A stretch of 64,000 bases of DNA from positions 64,001-128,000 of the forward strand of contig CAVVCZ010000007.1 in assembly GCA_963746845.1 (NCBI GenBank). The letters run 5' to 3'. The DNA comes from an uncultured Chloroflexia bacterium (GTDB lineage: Bacteria > Chloroflexota > Limnocylindria > Limnocylindrales > CSP1-4). The notes under the pieces were generated by a model. The model worked only from the letters and a program-made list of their open reading frames with translations. It did not search any database and was not told where the DNA came from. Each line of letters begins with the position of its first letter. The stretch's first letter is position 1. Positions 60,018 to 64,000 of this stretch are shown one piece after another. Both the position numbers and the translations under genes were made by a program.

Positions 60018-61721
60018 CTACGAGCCGCGGATCAGCGCCTCGACGTCCTCGATCGAGCGGGTGGAGCGCTCCCCGGTCGCCCGGTTCGTGACCTCGACCC
60101 CGCCGGCCGCGAGCGAGCGGGGCGACACCGTCAGGATCCACGGCATCCCGAGCAGCTCGGCGTCGGTGAACTTCACGCCGGGCGACTCGTCCCGGTCGTC
60201 GTACAGGATGTCGCGCCAGTGTCCAGCGCCCTGGGCGACGTCGTGCAGGCGCTCGGCGACCTCCGTGACCCGCGGCTCCTTCGCCGCGCCGATCGCCACG
60301 AGATGGGCGGCATACGGCGCGACCTCCTCGGGCCAGACGATCCCCTTCTCGTCGTGGTTGGCCTCGACGACGCAGGCGACGTTCCGGCCGACCCCGATCC
60401 CGTACGAGCCCATGATGATCGGGTGCTCGGCGCCGTCCTCGCCCAGGTACGTCGCGCCGAATGCGTCGGTGTACTTCGTGCCGAGCTTGAAGATGTTGCC
60501 GACCTCGATCCCGTTGCGCAGGATGACCGTGCCGTCGCCGTTCGGGCACCGATCGCCTTCCTGGGCATTGGTCAGATCGACCACCACGTCCGGCGTGAAG
60601 TCGCGCCCCACGTTCACGTTCCGGTAGTGGAAGCCTTCGCGGTTCGCGCCGGCGACGAGGTTCGGTGACTTCGCGACCAGCTCGTCGACGACGACCGTCG
60701 TGTCGTGCGCTCCGATCGGCGAGCCGTAGCCGGGCTCCATCCCCGCTGCCTTGATCTCGTCGACCGTGGCCGGCCGCAGCCCGGTGCTCGCCCCGACGGC
60801 ATTGACCAGCTTCGTCTCGTTGACCTCGTGGTCGCCGCGGACGATCGCGGTGATGAGCCGGCCGTCACCGGCGACGAAGAAGGCCGCCTTTGCCGTGCGC
60901 TCGGGCCCGATCCCGAGGAACGCGGCCAGGGTGGCGATCGTCGTGGTGCCGGGCGTCGCGACCTCCTCGAGCGGCAGCGGGTCCTCGGCCGGTGGCGCCT
61001 CCCGCGGGATGACCGCGACCTGGCGGTTCGCCGCGTAGCCGCAGGCCTCGCACAGGACGAGGACGTCCTCGCCGGCGGGGTTCAGGACCATGAACTCGTG
61101 AGCGAGGCTGCCGCCCATCATCCCGACGTCGCTGCTCACGGCGATCGCATCGAGACCGAGCCGCTCGAACGTCCGGACGTAGGCGGCGTGCTGATCCCAG
61201 TAGCTCTTGTCGAGGCCGGCCTCGTCGCGGTCGCAGCTGTAGGCGTCCTTCATCACGAACTCGCGGACGCGGATCAGCCCGCCACGCGATCGCGGCTCGT
61301 CGCGCCACTTGGTCTGGAAGTGGTAGACCATCATCGGGAGCTGGCGCCACGACTTGACGACGTCGGCCAGCAGGATCCCGACGACCTCCTCGTGGGTCAT
61401 CGCCAGGACCATGTCGCGCCCGCCCCGGTCCTTGAACCTGCCCAGCTCGGGGCCGATCGCCTGGTAGCGCCCGGATGCCTTCCAGATGTCGGCCGGATGG
61501 ACGACCGGCATCTCCATCTCCTGGCCGCCGATCCGGTCCTGTTCCTCGCGGATGATCTGCTCGACCCGATCGTTCACCCGCTTGCCCAGCGGCAGCAGGG
61601 AGTAGATCCCGGATCCGAGCTGGCGGACGTAGCCGGCCCGGACCAGGAGGCGGTGCGACACCATCTCGGCATCGGCCGGGTCATCGCGCAGGCTGGTGAA
61701 GAAGAGGTGGCTCAGGCGCAT
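60018..61721 (-). CDS. proS: proline--tRNA ligase (with editing domain)
   Basis: THEE, KWRDEPR, REFVMKDAYS, EVGNIFKLG, MGSYGIG. Confidence 0.97.
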   Translation of the reverse strand: MRLSHLFFTSLRDDPADAEMVSHRLLVRAGYVRQLGSGIYSLLPLGKRVNDRVEQIIREEQDRIGGQEMEMPVVHPADIWKASGRYQAIGPELGRFKDRGGRDMVLAMTHEEVVGILLADVVKSWRQLPMMVYHFQTKWRDEPRSRGGLIRVREFVMKDAYSCDRDEAGLDKSYWDQHAAYVRTFERLGLDAIAVSSDVGMMGGSLAHEFMVLNPAGEDVLVLCEACGYAANRQVAVIPREAPPAEDPLPLEEVATPGTTTIATLAAFLGIGPERTAKAAFFVAGDGRLITAIVRGDHEVNETKLVNAVGASTGLRPATVDEIKAAGMEPGYGSPIGAHDTTVVVDELVAKSPNLVAGANREGFHYRNVNVGRDFTPDVVVDLTNAQEGDRCPNGDGTVILRNGIEVGNIFKLGTKYTDAFGATYLGEDGAEHPIIMGSYGIGVGRNVACVVEANHDEKGIVWPEEVAPYAAHLVAIGAAKEPRVTEVAERLHDVAQGAGHWRDILYDDRDESPGVKFTDAELLGMPWILTVSPRSLAAGGVEVTNRATGERSTRSIEDVEALIRGS

Positions 61722-61762
61722 CGGCGAAGGATACCGGCGGCAGCCGGCGACGTGCCCGACGG

Positions 61763-62287
61763 TCAACCGGCCCGGGCGGTCCCCTTCGTCATCGGCGCGA
61801 CGGCGATGAGGTCGGTCAGGACGCCGCGGGCGATCGTCGCCCAGTCCGGGCGCGTCCGCCCGTCGCCGAGCTCGAGCCAGCGGATCGCGTAGGCGACCCG
61901 GACCGGTCCGGGTGGATCGGTCGGACTCAGGGGCGCGGTCCGGGTGGCCGCGACCGTCGCCTCCCGCGAGAACGAGGCCGCGAGCGCGGTTCGCGTCGCG
62001 ATCGGGGCGAGCTGGCCCCGCGTCCGTTCCACCTCTCGGCCGAACGGCGTGCGCGTCCAGCGCTCGGGGAGGCGGAGCGGCTCGCTTGTCCGCAGGACGA
62101 GGTCGAGCGCCAGGCGAGCCAGGTCGCGCCGCGGATCATCCGGCCCGATCTGGCTGCCGATCGTGCCGGCCGCGGCCCCGGCGGTCGACGGGCGCTCGAA
62201 CCGGAGGAGACGGGAACGCGGCTCGGCGACGACGCGGCCGCGGCGGGCGACGATCGACATGACGGCATCGTCGGGGCGGGCCATCAA
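61763..62287 (-). CDS. hypothetical protein
   Basis: Fills gap between regulator and proS; no recognised motif; start uncertain. Confidence 0.55.
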   Translation of the reverse strand: MMARPDDAVMSIVARRGRVVAEPRSRLLRFERPSTAGAAAGTIGSQIGPDDPRRDLARLALDLVLRTSEPLRLPERWTRTPFGREVERTRGQLAPIATRTALAASFSREATVAATRTAPLSPTDPPGPVRVAYAIRWLELGDGRTRPDWATIARGVLTDLIAVAPMTKGTARAG

Positions 62288-62339
62288 CGGCCGGTGATCG
62301 GGGCGTCAACGTTGCGGGCCCAAGCGAGGTCCGCGGCCG

Positions 62340-63053
62340 TCAGGCGAGCGCCGCCTCCGGCGGGCGACGGAAGACATAGCCCACGCCGCGGACGGTGTGG
62401 ATGTACTTCGGGGCGGCCGCGTCGTCCTCGAGCGTCGAGCGCAGCCAATGGACGTGGACGTCGACCGTCCGCGTCTCCCCGGCATAGTCGTAGCCCCAGA
62501 CGTGCTCGAGGAGCTGGTCGCGGGTGAACGCCTGGCCCGGGTTGCGGAGGAGGAACACCAGCAGCTCGAACGCCTTCGGCTTGATCGGCAGCGCCTCGCC
62601 GTCGCGCAGCAGCCGGTGCCCGGCGAGATCGACCTGGACCCGGCCGAGATCGATGACCGACTGTCCACCCGGGCCGGGCGCGGCCACCTGCTCCGATCGC
62701 CGGAACAGGGCGCGGATCCGGGCGGAGAGCTCGCGCAGCGAGAACGGCTTCGTCACGTAGTCGTCGGCGCCGAGCTCGAGCCCCACGACCTTGTCGAGCT
62801 CGCTGTCCTTGGCCGTGAGCATGACGATCGGGACGCCGGACTCGGCGCGGATGATCCGGCAGACCTCGATCCCGGACAGCTCGGGCAGCATGAGGTCCAG
62901 CAGGATCAGGTCCGGATGATCGGCCCGGAACTGGCTGAGGGCGGCGCGCCCGTCGGCGGCCTGAAGGACCCGGAACCCCTCGGCCTCGAGCGCATCCGCG
63001 AGCGTCTCACGGAGCGTCGTCTCGTCCTCCACGACGAGGATCGTTCGTGCCAT
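62340..63053 (-). CDS. PhoB/RegX3-like OmpR-family response regulator
   Basis: LTAKDSELDKVVGLELGADDYVTKPFS, VWGYDYAGETRTVDVH. Confidence 0.92.
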   Translation of the reverse strand: MARTILVVEDETTLRETLADALEAEGFRVLQAADGRAALSQFRADHPDLILLDLMLPELSGIEVCRIIRAESGVPIVMLTAKDSELDKVVGLELGADDYVTKPFSLRELSARIRALFRRSEQVAAPGPGGQSVIDLGRVQVDLAGHRLLRDGEALPIKPKAFELLVFLLRNPGQAFTRDQLLEHVWGYDYAGETRTVDVHVHWLRSTLEDDAAAPKYIHTVRGVGYVFRRPPEAALA

Positions 63054-63071
63054 CGAGCCGAATCCTATCGG

Positions 63072-63093
63072 TCCGTGTTAACGAGAGGTTTCC
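63072..63093 (-). promoter_or_regulatory. PHO-box-like repeat, probable autoregulation
   Basis: GGAAACCTCTC-GTTAACACGGA directly upstream of TAGGAT -10 (63062-63067). Confidence 0.6.
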
Positions 63094-63133
63094 CGGGTCG
63101 GTGAAGGGGGGGGTCCCGCCGCTCGCGATCCGC

Positions 63134-64000
63134 TCAGCCGGCGGCGACGACCCCCAGGGACGCGATCGCCGCGTCGAGACGCGCCAGCGTCCGCTCCCGC
63201 CCGAGCGCGACGAGCGTGTCGAACAGCGGCGGCGTCGCCGTCCGGCCCGTCGTCGCGACGCGGATCGCCATGAACAGGTCGCCGGCCTTCCAGCCGCGCT
63301 CCTCGACCAGCGCCCGGAGCGGCGGCTCGAGCTCGTCCGCCTCCCACGTGACGCCGTCGTGGCCGGCGAGGACGTCGCGGGCGGCGAGGAGGCCGTCGCG
63401 GGTCGTGGCGGCATCCCAGCGCTTCGGGACGAGGGCCGCCGGGTCGAGCCCCACGTCGTCGGTCCACAGGAACCCCACGAGATCCACGACGGCCGCGAGC
63501 GTCGGCAGCCGTTCCTGGACGATCGGCAGCAGCGCGACCACCTCGTCGTCCGACGGCCGCCGGTCGATCCGCCCGTCGTCGACGGCCGCCTGGAGGAACG
63601 GCCGGAGGCGATCGACGAGGTCGTCAGGCCCGAGCTTGCGGATCCATTGTCCGTTCAGCCACTCGAGCCGGTCGCGGTCGAACCGGGCGCCGCCCTTCTG
63701 GACGTTGGCGATGTCGAACCGGTTGATGATCTCGTCGAGCGACAGGACGTCCTCCGCGGTGCCGGGGCTCCAGCCGAGATAGGCGAGGTAGTTGACCAGC
63801 CCCTCGCGGATGAAGCCCTGGCCCCGGTAGTCGTCGACAGCGGTCTGGCTCTTCCGCTTGCTCATCTTCGTCCCGTCGGGGTTGAGGATCAGCGGCAGGT
63901 GGCCGAAGACCGGGACGGGATGGCCGAGCGCCTCGAACAGCAGGATGTGCTTCGGCGTGTTCGAGATGTGGTCCTCGCCGCGGATCACGTGGCTGATCTC
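63134..64000 (-). CDS. gltX: glutamate--tRNA ligase (5' part outside window)
   Basis: HVIRGEDH, HLPLIL, KMSKR, LGWS, TPPLF. Confidence 0.95.
   Translation of the reverse strand, partial: EISHVIRGEDHISNTPKHILLFEALGHPVPVFGHLPLILNPDGTKMSKRKSQTAVDDYRGQGFIREGLVNYLAYLGWSPGTAEDVLSLDEIINRFDIANVQKGGARFDRDRLEWLNGQWIRKLGPDDLVDRLRPFLQAAVDDGRIDRRPSDDEVVALLPIVQERLPTLAAVVDLVGFLWTDDVGLDPAALVPKRWDAATTRDGLLAARDVLAGHDGVTWEADELEPPLRALVEERGWKAGDLFMAIRVATTGRTATPPLFDTLVALGRERTLARLDAAIASLGVVAAG

Noticed and set aside
58909-60549. 546-aa ORF overlapping proS
   Set aside because: The real start is the leaderless ATG at 59988; the extension is an off-frame read of proS.
158-63782. Many long antisense and alternative-frame ORFs (e.g. 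12968-15352, 35032-37476, 28635-30695)
   Set aside because: They are Arg/Gly/Pro-rich shadow ORFs of real GC3-biased genes, with no recognisable motifs.
1-64000. CRISPR arrays, tRNA/rRNA, IS elements, prophage or defence systems
   Set aside because: I saw no spaced repeats, RNA-gene signatures, transposase, integrase, or defence-type nuclease/ATPase modules by eye. A covariance-model scan was not possible.

Overview
Very GC-rich bacterial chromosomal segment with about 62 CDS. I saw no rRNA, tRNA, CRISPR array, transposase or phage gene. The proteins look monoderm, possibly Chloroflexota-like (inference only). In order, the window holds: a LuxR/TPR regulator and DUF4242 protein; argH; GH36-galK-galT between two EamA transporters; a GbsR-controlled ABC exporter; an aldehyde dehydrogenase pair; divergent efeU/efeOB; an unusual mini biosynthetic cluster (methyltransferase, FAD oxidoreductase, NUDIX, SRPBCC cyclase, FabF-like ketosynthase, no ACP or chain-length factor); MFS, GNAT, deoC and an S9 peptidase; a DNA-ligase-fold protein lacking its catalytic lysine, followed by a structured intergenic element; a NatAB-like ABC pair; a large phosphate/polyphosphate hub (ppk1, CYTH-CHAD, ppx, a basic unknown protein, pstSCAB-phoU, two arsC paralogues with one Cys-to-Ser, sixA, GDPD, EEP, PhoR-like kinase); an MtrAB-LpqB-like trio; DUF4260-TetR; rhlE; a J-domain protein; proS; a PhoB/RegX3-like regulator; and partial gltX. 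Many genes appear leaderless, with TAnnnT 6-9 nt before the start codon. Many single-base frameshifts, densest at 41.9-50 kb, look like long-read consensus errors.
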